From contig CAZMAK010000001.1 in assembly GCA_964564245.1 (NCBI GenBank), forward strand, positions 48,989 through 112,988: 64,000 nucleotides of DNA. The letters are read 5' to 3'. This document shows positions 23,896 through 32,956 of the stretch, piece by piece. The stretch comes from an uncultured Ectothiorhodospiraceae bacterium. Its GTDB lineage: Bacteria > Pseudomonadota > Gammaproteobacteria > UBA9214. The stretch's first letter is position 1. Every line of letters begins with the position of its first letter. The translations under genes were made by a program, and so were the position numbers. Below the pieces are notes generated by a model, which ran no database searches, was not told the origin of the DNA, and saw nothing but the letters and a program-made list of their open reading frames with translations.

Positions 23896-25931
23896 ACATT
23901 GATGACACGGGAAACCTCCTCGATCGTGGTTTCACCCGCCCGCACGTGATCCAGGCCATCGACAAACAGATTGCGGAAATCCCGCTCATGTAGATGCCGG
24001 TGCAGCTCGTCGCGCCCCGGACTGGTGGTGATCAGGCGTTGCAACGATTCATCACATTGCAGCACCTCGTGTATACCCATGCGCCCGCGATAGCCGGAAT
24101 CGTAGCATTCGTTACAGCCACGCCCGCGCGCCAGCTGCACCTGCCCGTCCCAGCCGAACCGGCTGATCAGGCCCGGTTCGGCCACATAGCGCGTCTTGCA
24201 GGCCGGGCAGATGACGCGGACCAGCCGTTGCGCAACCACGCCGATCAGTGCGGAGGACAGCAGATACGGTTCCACGTCCATATCGATCATGCGCGTGATT
24301 GCGCCGATCGCATGATTGGTGTGCAGGGTCGACAGCACCAGATGGCCGGTCAGGGCCGCCTGCACGGCGATTTCCGCCGTCTCGCGGTCACGGATCTCAC
24401 CCACCATCACGATATCCGGATCCTGGCGCAGCGTGTGGCGCAGGATGGTGGAGAAGGTCAGGCCGATGTGCTCATGCACCTCGTTCTGGTTGACCACCTC
24501 GATCTGGTATTCGACCGGATCCTCGATGGTCACGATGTTCTTTTCCATGCTGTTGAGGTAGTTCAGCGCGGCATACAGCGAGGTGGTCTTGCCGCTGCCG
24601 GTCGGTCCGGTGACCAGGATCAGTCCGTGGCTGCTGTCGAGCAGGGACTTGAACAGGGTCAGGTTGCCCGCGCTCATGCCGAGCTTGTTGACGTCCAGCA
24701 GCGAACGGTTCTTGTCCAGCACGCGCAATACCACCTTCTCCCCGAACAGGCCCGGCAGTGAACTGAAGCGCAGGTCCACCGCGCGACCCTGGGTACGTAC
24801 CTGGATACGGCCGTCCTGCGGCATGCGACGCTCGGCGATATCCAGGTTGGCCATCACCTTGAGACGGGAGACAATGGCCGGGTGGTATTCGGCACTGAGC
24901 GTGGTGACCTCGTACAACACCCCGTCGATACGGAAGCGTACGCGGGTCCGGTTTCGTGACGGCTCGATGTGAATGTCGCTGGCGCCGTCACGGATCGCGC
25001 GCTGGACCAGCGAATTGACCAGGTTGACGATCGGACTGCCTTCCGCCATCTCGTCGATCGCGGCGTAGTCGTCGCGGGCAATATTCTCGACCACGGTAAA
25101 GTCGGCATCGACATCGCCGATCAGTTCAATGGTGTCCACGTTACCTGCGTAGGCATCGTTGAGGGCGTTCAGGATGTCCTCGCGCCGTGCAATCACCGGC
25201 TGCACGCGGCAACCGGAAAGCTTCTCGACCTCGGCGAACGCGGGCATGGCCTGCGGGTCCGAGGTGGCCAGGAACAGCACATCATGTATCTTCTGCAGCG
25301 GCAGCATCTGCAGGCGTTTCGCAACCCGCATGTCGATGATTCCCGTCACGGCAGGATCGTAGATACCGGCACGCAGGCGCACGCAGGGAATCGACAGCTG
25401 TTCACCCAGCGCGGTCAGCACGTCCTGATCGGACACCCACCCCTTGTCGATGATGATCTGCCCCATGCGCCGCGACGTCCGCTTCTGCAGCTCGATCGCC
25501 TCGGCAATACGTTCCTCCGTGATCAGACCCCGTTCCAGCAGGATATCTCCCAGGCGTTGTGTCCCGCCGCTGCGCGTAGTGCGTTGCACGGGGTCCACGT
25601 CCACCATGGGGACATAACTGGAAAACGAGGTAAGCGTCAGGATATCCAGCACGATCGTGTTGGCTCGCGCCAGCTTCAGCCAGCCGCCCTGCCGTACCGC
25701 CTGTTCCTGGATGTCTACCAGCGCCTCCAGCGCCGCACTGTTGAGCAGCTTGACCGATCCCAGGTCCACTACGAGCTGTGCATCGCCCGGTCGCATGCTT
25801 TCGTTCGCGGCGGCCGTCAGCGCCCGGATATCCTCATCACTGAGCAACGAGGTACGTGGCACCAGCTGGGTCATCACGCCCACGCGGGTACGCAACACCT
25901 CGCTCGTCAGATATTCGGGTGAAACACTCAT
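23892..25931 (-). CDS. pilus extension ATPase of the GspE/MshE family with N-terminal STAS-like domain and MshEN-type c-di-GMP-binding motifs
   Basis: Walker A GPTGSGKT, Asp box, His box, CPACK Zn motif. MshEN motif RLGDILLERGLITEERIAEAIELQKRT at about residue 118. The preceding 110 aa (LVVDLGSVKLLNSAALEALVDIQEQAVRQGGWLKLARANTIVLDILTLTSF) align with SpoIIAA-type STAS domains. 679 aa, versus about 575 aa for canonical MshE. Confidence 0.9.
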   Translation of the reverse strand: MSVSPEYLTSEVLRTRVGVMTQLVPRTSLLSDEDIRALTAAANESMRPGDAQLVVDLGSVKLLNSAALEALVDIQEQAVRQGGWLKLARANTIVLDILTLTSFSSYVPMVDVDPVQRTTRSGGTQRLGDILLERGLITEERIAEAIELQKRTSRRMGQIIIDKGWVSDQDVLTALGEQLSIPCVRLRAGIYDPAVTGIIDMRVAKRLQMLPLQKIHDVLFLATSDPQAMPAFAEVEKLSGCRVQPVIARREDILNALNDAYAGNVDTIELIGDVDADFTVVENIARDDYAAIDEMAEGSPIVNLVNSLVQRAIRDGASDIHIEPSRNRTRVRFRIDGVLYEVTTLSAEYHPAIVSRLKVMANLDIAERRMPQDGRIQVRTQGRAVDLRFSSLPGLFGEKVVLRVLDKNRSLLDVNKLGMSAGNLTLFKSLLDSSHGLILVTGPTGSGKTTSLYAALNYLNSMEKNIVTIEDPVEYQIEVVNQNEVHEHIGLTFSTILRHTLRQDPDIVMVGEIRDRETAEIAVQAALTGHLVLSTLHTNHAIGAITRMIDMDVEPYLLSSALIGVVAQRLVRVICPACKTRYVAEPGLISRFGWDGQVQLARGRGCNECYDSGYRGRMGIHEVLQCDESLQRLITTSPGRDELHRHLHERDFRNLFVDGLDHVRAGETTIEEVSRVINV

Positions 25932-28135
25932 TGGATGCAGCGCCGGGACCCGCCGGTATGCAGGGACTCCAGGTAGCCCGTCAGGGGTGACGGCCTGTCG
26001 ATGCCGTATCCCTGCAGATAGTCCACGCCCATCCGCGTCAACTGTTCGGCAATGGCGTCGTTTTCCACGTATTCGGCAATCGTCTTCAGTCCCATGACGT
26101 GACCGATCTGTATGACGGAAGCCACCATGGCGGAAGACACCGGGTCCTCGAGTATCTGCCGCACGAAGGAGCCGTCGATCTTCACGTACTCGACCGGCAG
26201 GCCCTTCAGGTAACTGAACGAACTCAATCCGGTCCCGAAGTCATCCAGCGAGAAACGGCAACCGATCGCCTTCAGTTGCCCGATGATCGCTAGCGCCGCC
26301 TCCCGGTTACCGATCGCGGCCGTTTCGGTCACCTCGAAACAGAGACAGTCCGGTGCAATGCGGTACTCACCGATCTTTCCGGTAATGTAGGTCGCAAGCT
26401 CCAGGTCGGCAAGCGACTGTCCGGACAGGTTGATGGAGACGATGCCCTGCCCCGCACTCCCGGCGATGCCGGCCTCGGCCAGGCTGGCCAGGGTTGCATT
26501 GATCACCCAGCGATCGATGGACGGCATCAGGTTGAACTGTTCCGCCGCCGGCAGGAAGCTGTCCGGGCTGAGCAGGTGACCGTCCTCGTCGACCAGCCGC
26601 ATCAGTACCTCGAAATGGAACTGTTCGCCGTTCGCGGAAACCGGCCGGATGGTCTGGCAATGCAGCATGACCCGGTCTTCGCGCAATGCCCTCTGGATAC
26701 TCGCCACGCACTGGATGTTACTACGCCGCGTCGCCAGCCCGGTGTCATCCTCACCAAATGCCTGGATCTGGCCGGTGCCCAGCTCCTTGGCGGCCGCGCG
26801 CGCGAGCTCGGCTGATTCCATCGCCTCACCGGCACTGGCGGTCTGCGGCCCGACCATGACCACACCGGTAGCCATCTGCAGGTCGATGGAGGCGGAATCC
26901 AGGTGTATCTGGTCACGCTGCACATGATCGCGCAACATGTACGCGACCCTCACACCCTGATCGATCCCGGTCCTTTCCAGCAGTACGCCATAGCGGCCCT
27001 CGCCGAGATACCCGATGGTATCCGTACCGCGCAGCTTGTTGCGCAACTTCTCGCCGACGATACGTATGACGGTGTCACCGGCCTTGCGGCCGTAGGTCTC
27101 GTTGATGACCTGCAGGCGCCCGATGTCGATATTCAGCAGACAGTGGTGCAGACCTTCACCGCTGGCATCCTGTATGGCCCGCTGCAGCACGGTCTCGAAG
27201 GCATGCGGGTTCATCAGTCCGGTCAGCGTATCGTAGTTGGCCTGCGTGATCTTGGCGATTTTCCGGCCCATGACCTTGAGCAGGTTGCGGTCGCTGTTGA
27301 AAAAGTCCGGCCGGTAGATGTGGTTAAGACAGACCAGCACCCCCTCGATCTCGCCACGGGCGTTGACTACCGGGCAAGACAGCAGCTTGTAGGGGATATC
27401 GAGGGAGAGTTCCTCACGTCGCTGGTCATAGAGTTCATTGATCAGCAGGCAATCGGGCTGTGTAATGGCATACGGCAGGAACTTCCCGGCCAGCACCTCG
27501 AACAGCTCATCGGGATGCAGTACCGGATCGCGCGGGCCGGCGGCATACAGGGTGCGCCTCCGGTCCGGGTAAAACAGCGCCACCATGTCGACATCGAGAT
27601 ACTCGACGTAGCTTTCGACCAGCGATGTCAGTGCGACATTTTCCTGCTCGATGCTGGCGCTCTCTTCCACATCGTAGACCAGGTTCAGCTCGTCGTAGCG
27701 ACCGGCCAGTTCCCTGGCCATGGTATCCAGTTCGACAGTCAGGCGGTATTCCTTTTCCACACACCCCACGATACAGGCGAAGGCCGCGTTCACGGCGGCA
27801 TCCAGCCCGTCGGCGGGCAGCTCGTCACCGGGATCACCCGTGCCGATGAGCCATCCTGCGCACCTGTCGGCCGGTGTGCGGATTTCCATCAGGCAGGTGA
27901 TGATCCCGTCGTTGCGTTCCACCACAAGCCGCCGGCCGGTAGCCGGCACTGCATGGATTCCCGCCGCATCGACGTTGAAGCGTGTCCGGGAAATCTGCGC
28001 AGCGTTGTCCGTATCACCGTCCAGTACCAGCCCGGCACAGTCACACACGTAGAGATCCAGGCCACGCGGCAGTAGCTGGCGCAGCAGCGCGAAATAGTTC
28101 CCTAAACCGATCTGGCTCAACGGACCTGCCGGCAT
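25928..28135 (-). CDS. c-di-GMP phosphodiesterase: sensor (GAF/PAS-like), degenerate GGDEF, EAL
   Basis: EAL-domain motifs EVLMRL, DDFGTG, KIDGSF. The GGDEF position reads GEGRYGV, which is degenerate. ATGA-type overlap with the ATPase start (25928/25931). Confidence 0.85.
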   Translation of the reverse strand: MPAGPLSQIGLGNYFALLRQLLPRGLDLYVCDCAGLVLDGDTDNAAQISRTRFNVDAAGIHAVPATGRRLVVERNDGIITCLMEIRTPADRCAGWLIGTGDPGDELPADGLDAAVNAAFACIVGCVEKEYRLTVELDTMARELAGRYDELNLVYDVEESASIEQENVALTSLVESYVEYLDVDMVALFYPDRRRTLYAAGPRDPVLHPDELFEVLAGKFLPYAITQPDCLLINELYDQRREELSLDIPYKLLSCPVVNARGEIEGVLVCLNHIYRPDFFNSDRNLLKVMGRKIAKITQANYDTLTGLMNPHAFETVLQRAIQDASGEGLHHCLLNIDIGRLQVINETYGRKAGDTVIRIVGEKLRNKLRGTDTIGYLGEGRYGVLLERTGIDQGVRVAYMLRDHVQRDQIHLDSASIDLQMATGVVMVGPQTASAGEAMESAELARAAAKELGTGQIQAFGEDDTGLATRRSNIQCVASIQRALREDRVMLHCQTIRPVSANGEQFHFEVLMRLVDEDGHLLSPDSFLPAAEQFNLMPSIDRWVINATLASLAEAGIAGSAGQGIVSINLSGQSLADLELATYITGKIGEYRIAPDCLCFEVTETAAIGNREAALAIIGQLKAIGCRFSLDDFGTGLSSFSYLKGLPVEYVKIDGSFVRQILEDPVSSAMVASVIQIGHVMGLKTIAEYVENDAIAEQLTRMGVDYLQGYGIDRPSPLTGYLESLHTGGSRRCIQ

Positions 28136-28527
28136 TGCCGCTCTCCTCCGGAATCGTCGTTGCTGAAATATTCCTTCAGCCTGGCCAGCAGCCGGCGGAT
28201 GCTTACCGGCTTCTCCAGAAAGTCCAGGTTGCCTATGCCCTGTGACCAGCGGCGGAGTTCGTCTTCCGCGCGCGCGGACAGGACATAGATGCCGAAGCTG
28301 CGCCCGGGCATCTCCTCGGCGATCCGGTCACACAGGTCCCTGCCGCTCATCTGCGGCATATCGATGTCCGTGATCAGCAGATCCGGGGGATTGCCGCGGA
28401 TTTTTTCCAGGGCCTGGCAGCCGTTACAGGCCTCGTCCGTCGAATAGCCGGCCGCGTCCAGCGCCAGCTTCAGCACCCGGATCACATGTGGTTCGTCGTC
28501 AACGAGCAGAATTCGTTTCCCGGTCAT
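28117..28527 (-). CDS. single-domain response regulator (receiver only)
   Basis: ILLVDDE...DLLITDIDMPQMSG...K receiver motifs. No output domain. Overlaps the kinase stop and the PDE start. Confidence 0.8.
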   Translation of the reverse strand: MTGKRILLVDDEPHVIRVLKLALDAAGYSTDEACNGCQALEKIRGNPPDLLITDIDMPQMSGRDLCDRIAEEMPGRSFGIYVLSARAEDELRRWSQGIGNLDFLEKPVSIRRLLARLKEYFSNDDSGGERQCRQVR

Positions 28528-30383
28528 ACCGCCCGCCTCAGCAGTTCAGCTTCCTTGTCGAACTCGATGACAAATTCCGATCCTTCGCCAGGCGCGCTGT
28601 TCACCGTCAGTGTCCCGTGGTGAAGCTGGATGATCTCGCGCGCCAGCGCCAGCCCGAGACCATGCCCGCTCCTGCGGGACACCTCTTCGTTCTGCGAACG
28701 ATAGAACTTGTCGAATATCTTCTCCTGCTCCTCCGGCGAGATACCGATCCCCTTGTCCCGGACGGATACTCGCACGGTCCGTTCCGTTTCCTCGACGGCC
28801 ATCCTGACCATGCCGTGCTCGTCGCTGTACTTGATCGCATTGGTCAGCAGGTTATTGACAGCGATACGGATCAGGTCCTTGTCCAGCGCCACCGGGCTGA
28901 TCTCGTGGGGCAGGTCGAGCTGGAAATCGATGTGCTTTTCCTGCCCCCCGCGGGCACAGGCATTGAAGGTGTCCTCGAGCAGGTCCCGCAGCTTCACCCG
29001 CTTGCGCTCGATGGATATGCTGCCGGTCTCGATCTTGGTGATGCTGAGGATGTTATTGATCAGCAGGGCAAGCCGTTCGACCTCGTCATGAATGATATTG
29101 GCCGCCTCGATGCGGAACTGTTCGCGTCCGCCCTCCGCGCCCTGCAGCATCTCGCTGTACATCGCCAGGACATTCAGCGGCGTCTTCAGTTCGTGTGAAA
29201 CGTGCGCAACGAACTCTCCACTGCTGTCCCGCGCCAGTTTCTCCGCGGTGATGTCACGGAACACGACCAGGGTACCGGGCGGCTCGGCGGTATCCTGCGG
29301 GGAAAACAGCGGGTAGGGGGAAATCGCGAAGGTGCGGCCCGGCAGCGATCCCGGCGTGTATTCGAGCGCATCGCTGTGATACCCGTGACTCCTGCGACCA
29401 CCCTGGCCGGAAAGAAAGGCAATGATCCCGGGATCCTTGCACCATTCCACCGGCTTCTTGCCGACGATATCCCGGTTGCTGACATCCAGCAGCTGTCCAA
29501 CCCTGGCATTGGCGAGACTCACGGTACCGCTTTCATCCAGCACCAGGACTGCCTCCGGGAACGATTGCAGCACGGACTCGACACGCGAACGCCGGTAACC
29601 AAGCAGCTTTGCCGAGGTCTCCAGCTGTGTACGATCCTCCTCCAGCTCGCCGATCCGGTGTTGAGACGCATCGATGAAGCGGTTGAAACGCTCCATGAAA
29701 TCCTGCAATTCCGCACTCGCGGCAAGCTCCACGCTGCCGGCAAGCCCGTTGCCGCCCATCAGTGTGTCCAGTCGCGTATTGACCTCCCGGACGGGACGCA
29801 CCTCCCTGCGCAACAGAAGATAAAACAGCGGGGTCAGCAAGAAGATCGGCAGGGCGAAGCTCGCCACAAATTCCAGCTGGTCCGGCCTTGGTCCGACGAC
29901 AGGCTGCAGGTATCCGAGACGGACATACCCGGCAAGCTGGTCATGCTCGAACAGCGGGGCATGAAATTCGATCATCTTCCGGTTACTGCCGGGCATCACC
30001 AGACGGCGTTGCCCGACCCAGCCGGCGGGCTCGGTTGGCAACGATGCGGCAGGGACGACGACATCGTTTCCGGCGATCTCCTCCACCATGCGGCCCCCGG
30101 CATCCACGATCTCCAGATAGGCCAGGTCCGAGGTGCCGCGTATCTGCTGCAGGATGGAAAGGATCCCGGCCTTGCCGGTCTCCGGGACAAACCGGGCGTA
30201 GGGGATACGCGTCAGGATGCGGACCAGGCTGGCGCCCTGGCTTTGTATGTTGTTTTCCTCACTGCGCTGCTGGTAGCGAAACAGCAACAGGACGGTGATC
30301 GCGATCACCGCCAGCGACGCAACGATCATGGTCAGCCCGAGTCGCTCTTTTCTCCATGCGCTCGCCAACCTGCTGAGAGGCAT
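28524..30383 (-). CDS. sensor histidine kinase (periplasmic sensor, HAMP, PAS, HisKA, HATPase)
   Basis: H-box VSHELKTPLN. G-boxes DKGIGI and GHGLGL. Two TM segments flanking a roughly 150-aa periplasmic region. Confidence 0.85.
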   Translation of the reverse strand: MPLSRLASAWRKERLGLTMIVASLAVIAITVLLLFRYQQRSEENNIQSQGASLVRILTRIPYARFVPETGKAGILSILQQIRGTSDLAYLEIVDAGGRMVEEIAGNDVVVPAASLPTEPAGWVGQRRLVMPGSNRKMIEFHAPLFEHDQLAGYVRLGYLQPVVGPRPDQLEFVASFALPIFLLTPLFYLLLRREVRPVREVNTRLDTLMGGNGLAGSVELAASAELQDFMERFNRFIDASQHRIGELEEDRTQLETSAKLLGYRRSRVESVLQSFPEAVLVLDESGTVSLANARVGQLLDVSNRDIVGKKPVEWCKDPGIIAFLSGQGGRRSHGYHSDALEYTPGSLPGRTFAISPYPLFSPQDTAEPPGTLVVFRDITAEKLARDSSGEFVAHVSHELKTPLNVLAMYSEMLQGAEGGREQFRIEAANIIHDEVERLALLINNILSITKIETGSISIERKRVKLRDLLEDTFNACARGGQEKHIDFQLDLPHEISPVALDKDLIRIAVNNLLTNAIKYSDEHGMVRMAVEETERTVRVSVRDKGIGISPEEQEKIFDKFYRSQNEEVSRRSGHGLGLALAREIIQLHHGTLTVNSAPGEGSEFVIEFDKEAELLRRAV

Positions 30384-30708
30384 TCCATTACTCCGATCAG
30401 GAAATGTTACAAGGAGGATAGCGGCAGAAAATCACATGGCTTGAACAAGTTATGTTCACCGCAGTGACGTGGAATCACCCCGCCGGGAGGCAGGCTCACC
30501 GTACACGGAAGTCCGGTGGCCAGGAGGAAGGCAGGCGCCTGTCCCCCGGAATCAGGAAACGGGGTCGTACGGCAGGATCACCGGGGGTGGGGACCACCGC
30601 CGGGGGAACATCACCGGCTTCATCCGGCCCGTCCAGGGACCGGCCCGGCGCCAGCGCGAACCTGGATCCCGACGCGGGTACGCAGACCGCGTGCCCGCGT
30701 CCGGCCGG

Positions 30709-31527
30709 TCAGTGGATGTCCGCCAGCAGGTTTGCGATCACGGCCCCGTCCAGCGGTTCCAGGCCATGCTGTACCGGCAAGGTCACCAGGGTTGAACGCC
30801 CGCGCAGCGCCGGCACGTTGTTCATGTCCTGACTGTAGGCCGGCACGATGTAGTCCCCGGGGCCGTTACTGGCTCGCACCACGGAGAAGTATTTGATGTC
30901 CGGATGCGGCTGGTTATTCAGCCAGTACAGGAGGGATCCGGGCCGTGGCCGGACCAGATCCACATACAGGCTCCGGGAACGCATGGCCGTGTGATAGGTT
31001 GCACCGCCAAAAAAGTCGGTAACCAGCGAAACCGGAAACGGGATGTCCGTGGCATCCAGTGCCTCTTCCGCCCGGTCGGTACCCAGGTGCGGAGCGGCGA
31101 TCGTGATCAGGGCCTTCACGTCTTTGGCCCCGCCACGCACCAGTGCCGCCCGCGCCACGACGCCACCGGCAGAGTGCCCGACCAGTATGATCGGCTCGCC
31201 GGGATGATTTGTCCTGATCGATCCCAGGATGTCGTTCAGGAGGTATACCTGGACCAGGATCGGGGCCTCCGATGGCAGGTCAACCGAGTAGACCTTGTGC
31301 GCGGCCTGTGCACCCGGGGCCGGGACCAGCTGCTCACCGCCCGGTCCGGCGACATAGATACCGGCCGGCTCCCAGCCATGCTGCTGCAGGACCGAGGTTA
31401 CACCGCTGCGGTCCCAGGAACCGGCGTCTCCCAGGTAGCCGTGCACCAGCAACACGATGTCGGCACGGGCCGGTTGCACCACCAGGCCGGACAACAGAAT
31501 CAGCCAAACCATCATCCTCTTTTTCAT
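30709..31527 (-). CDS. secreted alpha/beta-hydrolase (lipase/esterase-like)
   Basis: Signal peptide. Nucleophile elbow GHSAGG. LVHGY oxyanion region. Confidence 0.7.
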   Translation of the reverse strand: MKKRMMVWLILLSGLVVQPARADIVLLVHGYLGDAGSWDRSGVTSVLQQHGWEPAGIYVAGPGGEQLVPAPGAQAAHKVYSVDLPSEAPILVQVYLLNDILGSIRTNHPGEPIILVGHSAGGVVARAALVRGGAKDVKALITIAAPHLGTDRAEEALDATDIPFPVSLVTDFFGGATYHTAMRSRSLYVDLVRPRPGSLLYWLNNQPHPDIKYFSVVRASNGPGDYIVPAYSQDMNNVPALRGRSTLVTLPVQHGLEPLDGAVIANLLADIH

Positions 31528-32072
31528 GATTCACCTACCGTATTTTCCGGGTTTCGATCACACCACACTGCCTTCGCAACTTCCTTGCGCATCATCAACT
31601 GCATTGAGGCCGGCCACGTCGCCTCATCCACCCGCTCGAAGCCCGGGAACGGGTCCGGTCTGCGCCTCACCCGCCACCCTGCCAGGCAATCCATCCGGCG
31701 AGCAGACAGTGGCCATGGCCACAACATGATAAATATATAAGCAAATACTAAATTAGACAAGCGGGGATCATCACCAACCGCCTGTCCCCGGCTCCTGGAT
31801 TTGTCCAAGCATTAACATCGAGTTAGCAGACATTCCGCAGGACGGATCGTGAAACATCGTCCAAGTCGGGACCAACGCAGCGACGGTATTCCGGCAGGAT
31901 GGGGTAATATTATTTATATATCATATAGTTATGTAAGCTCCCCCGACCGGCTGAAAAAATATTTTTTTGATAACGCCATATACCAACATTACCCGATTCC
32001 GATATTCCAGCATTTTCAGACCACTACATCACTCCCCTCGGACAGTGCCAAATTCGCGTCAATCTATTGTGG

Positions 32073-32101
32073 TTGACAGGCCACGGCACAGAAGGCGTAA
32101 T
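32073..32101 (+). promoter_or_regulatory. candidate sigma-70 promoter (TTGACA-17nt-CGTAAT) in an AT-rich island
   Basis: TTGACA at 32073-32078. 17-nt spacer. CGTAAT at 32096-32101. Lies about 40 nt upstream of the small ORF RBS. Confidence 0.35.
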
Positions 32102-32140
32102 CATTACTCATTGATCGAACCTTGTTACCAGGAGCGTCTC

Positions 32141-32335
32141 TTGGAAAACATAACCTTCGATGTTGATGAGTTGGCCCTGCTGGACGAGGTTGAACAGGCG
32201 CGACGCCTTGAAGAGGCGGAACGCCGGATCGATGAAGTGCAACGTGCTGCCGCTGGTGATCCCGATTCACTCCTGTGGGTCAAACAGCAGCGACAATACC
32301 TAGTGGATATGCAGCATTTGATATTTACGTGTTAG
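32141..32335 (+). CDS. small helical protein (64 aa, TTG start) or small-RNA transcription unit
   Basis: AGGAG (32130-32134), 6-nt spacer, TTG 32141. LENITFDVDELALLDEVEQARRLEEAERRIDEVQRAAAGDPDSLLWVKQQRQYLVDMQHLIFTC. Followed by a strong terminator. The track ORF extends upstream through AT-rich DNA and is probably not translated there. Confidence 0.35.
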   Translation: MENITFDVDELALLDEVEQARRLEEAERRIDEVQRAAAGDPDSLLWVKQQRQYLVDMQHLIFTC

Positions 32336-32359
32336 CCCGACACGAACCTCCATTTCCGA

Positions 32360-32384
32360 CCCGCCTTCCCGGCGGGTTTTTTTT
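32360..32384 (+). terminator. rho-independent terminator
   Basis: CCCGCC / ttccc / GGCGGG stem-loop followed by a T8 run. Lies 25 nt after the TAG at 32333-32335. Confidence 0.75.
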
Positions 32385-32464
32385 GCGCCGCCCGGCCGGC
32401 CCCGATCGCAATCTCCGCTGGCCGCGGGTACCCTGAACACTGGTACGGATCCGGCAGGTACACC

Positions 32465-32956
32465 ATGCAAATCTGGCTGGCCAATGAACTGCTGCTGATG
32501 CTGGTGGTCGTCAACGGGGCTCCCGTCGCTCTGGGGCTGCTCGCCCGGCGCCGGCTGGATACACCGGTGGACGGCGGACTGGTCCTGCGGGACGGCCGCC
32601 GGCTGCTGGGGCCTTCCAAAACCGTGCGCGGAGTCATTGCCGCCATCCTGGCGGGCAGTGCAGCGGCCCCGCTGGCCGATCTCACGTACCTGCAAGGGGC
32701 CATTTTCGGTAGCCTGGCCATGGCCGGTGACCTTGTCTCCAGTTTTCTGAAGCGACGGCTGGGCCATGCATCGAGCCATTCCTGCCCCGTGCTGGACCAG
32801 TTACCGGAGTCCCTGTTGCCCCTGCTGGTGGTCAACCCGCACCTGCACGCCGGCCCGCCGGAAATCCTGGTTGCGGCGGCGGCCTTCACCGTGATCGACC
32901 TGCTGGTTACCCGGATCATTCGACCGGTCAACCGGCGTGCAGGTGATGCAGGGTGA
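32465..32956 (+). CDS. CarS-like (CDP-archaeol-synthase family, DUF46) CTP-transferase membrane protein
   Basis: Family signature blocks: NGAPV, DGG, GPSKTVRG, GDLVSSFLKRRLG, LDQLPE. Confidence 0.6.
   Translation: MQIWLANELLLMLVVVNGAPVALGLLARRRLDTPVDGGLVLRDGRRLLGPSKTVRGVIAAILAGSAAAPLADLTYLQGAIFGSLAMAGDLVSSFLKRRLGHASSHSCPVLDQLPESLLPLLVVNPHLHAGPPEILVAAAAFTVIDLLVTRIIRPVNRRAGDAG

Noticed and set aside
24969-30467. Several 300-420-aa plus-strand ORFs across the ATPase/PDE/kinase operon.
   Set aside because: All are antisense to genes with unmistakable Walker, EAL and HATPase motifs. No translation signals.
31849-32076. 75-aa ORF inside the AT-rich island.
   Set aside because: Low-complexity translation of AT-rich DNA (IYISYSYV...). 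No RBS. Overlaps the predicted promoter.
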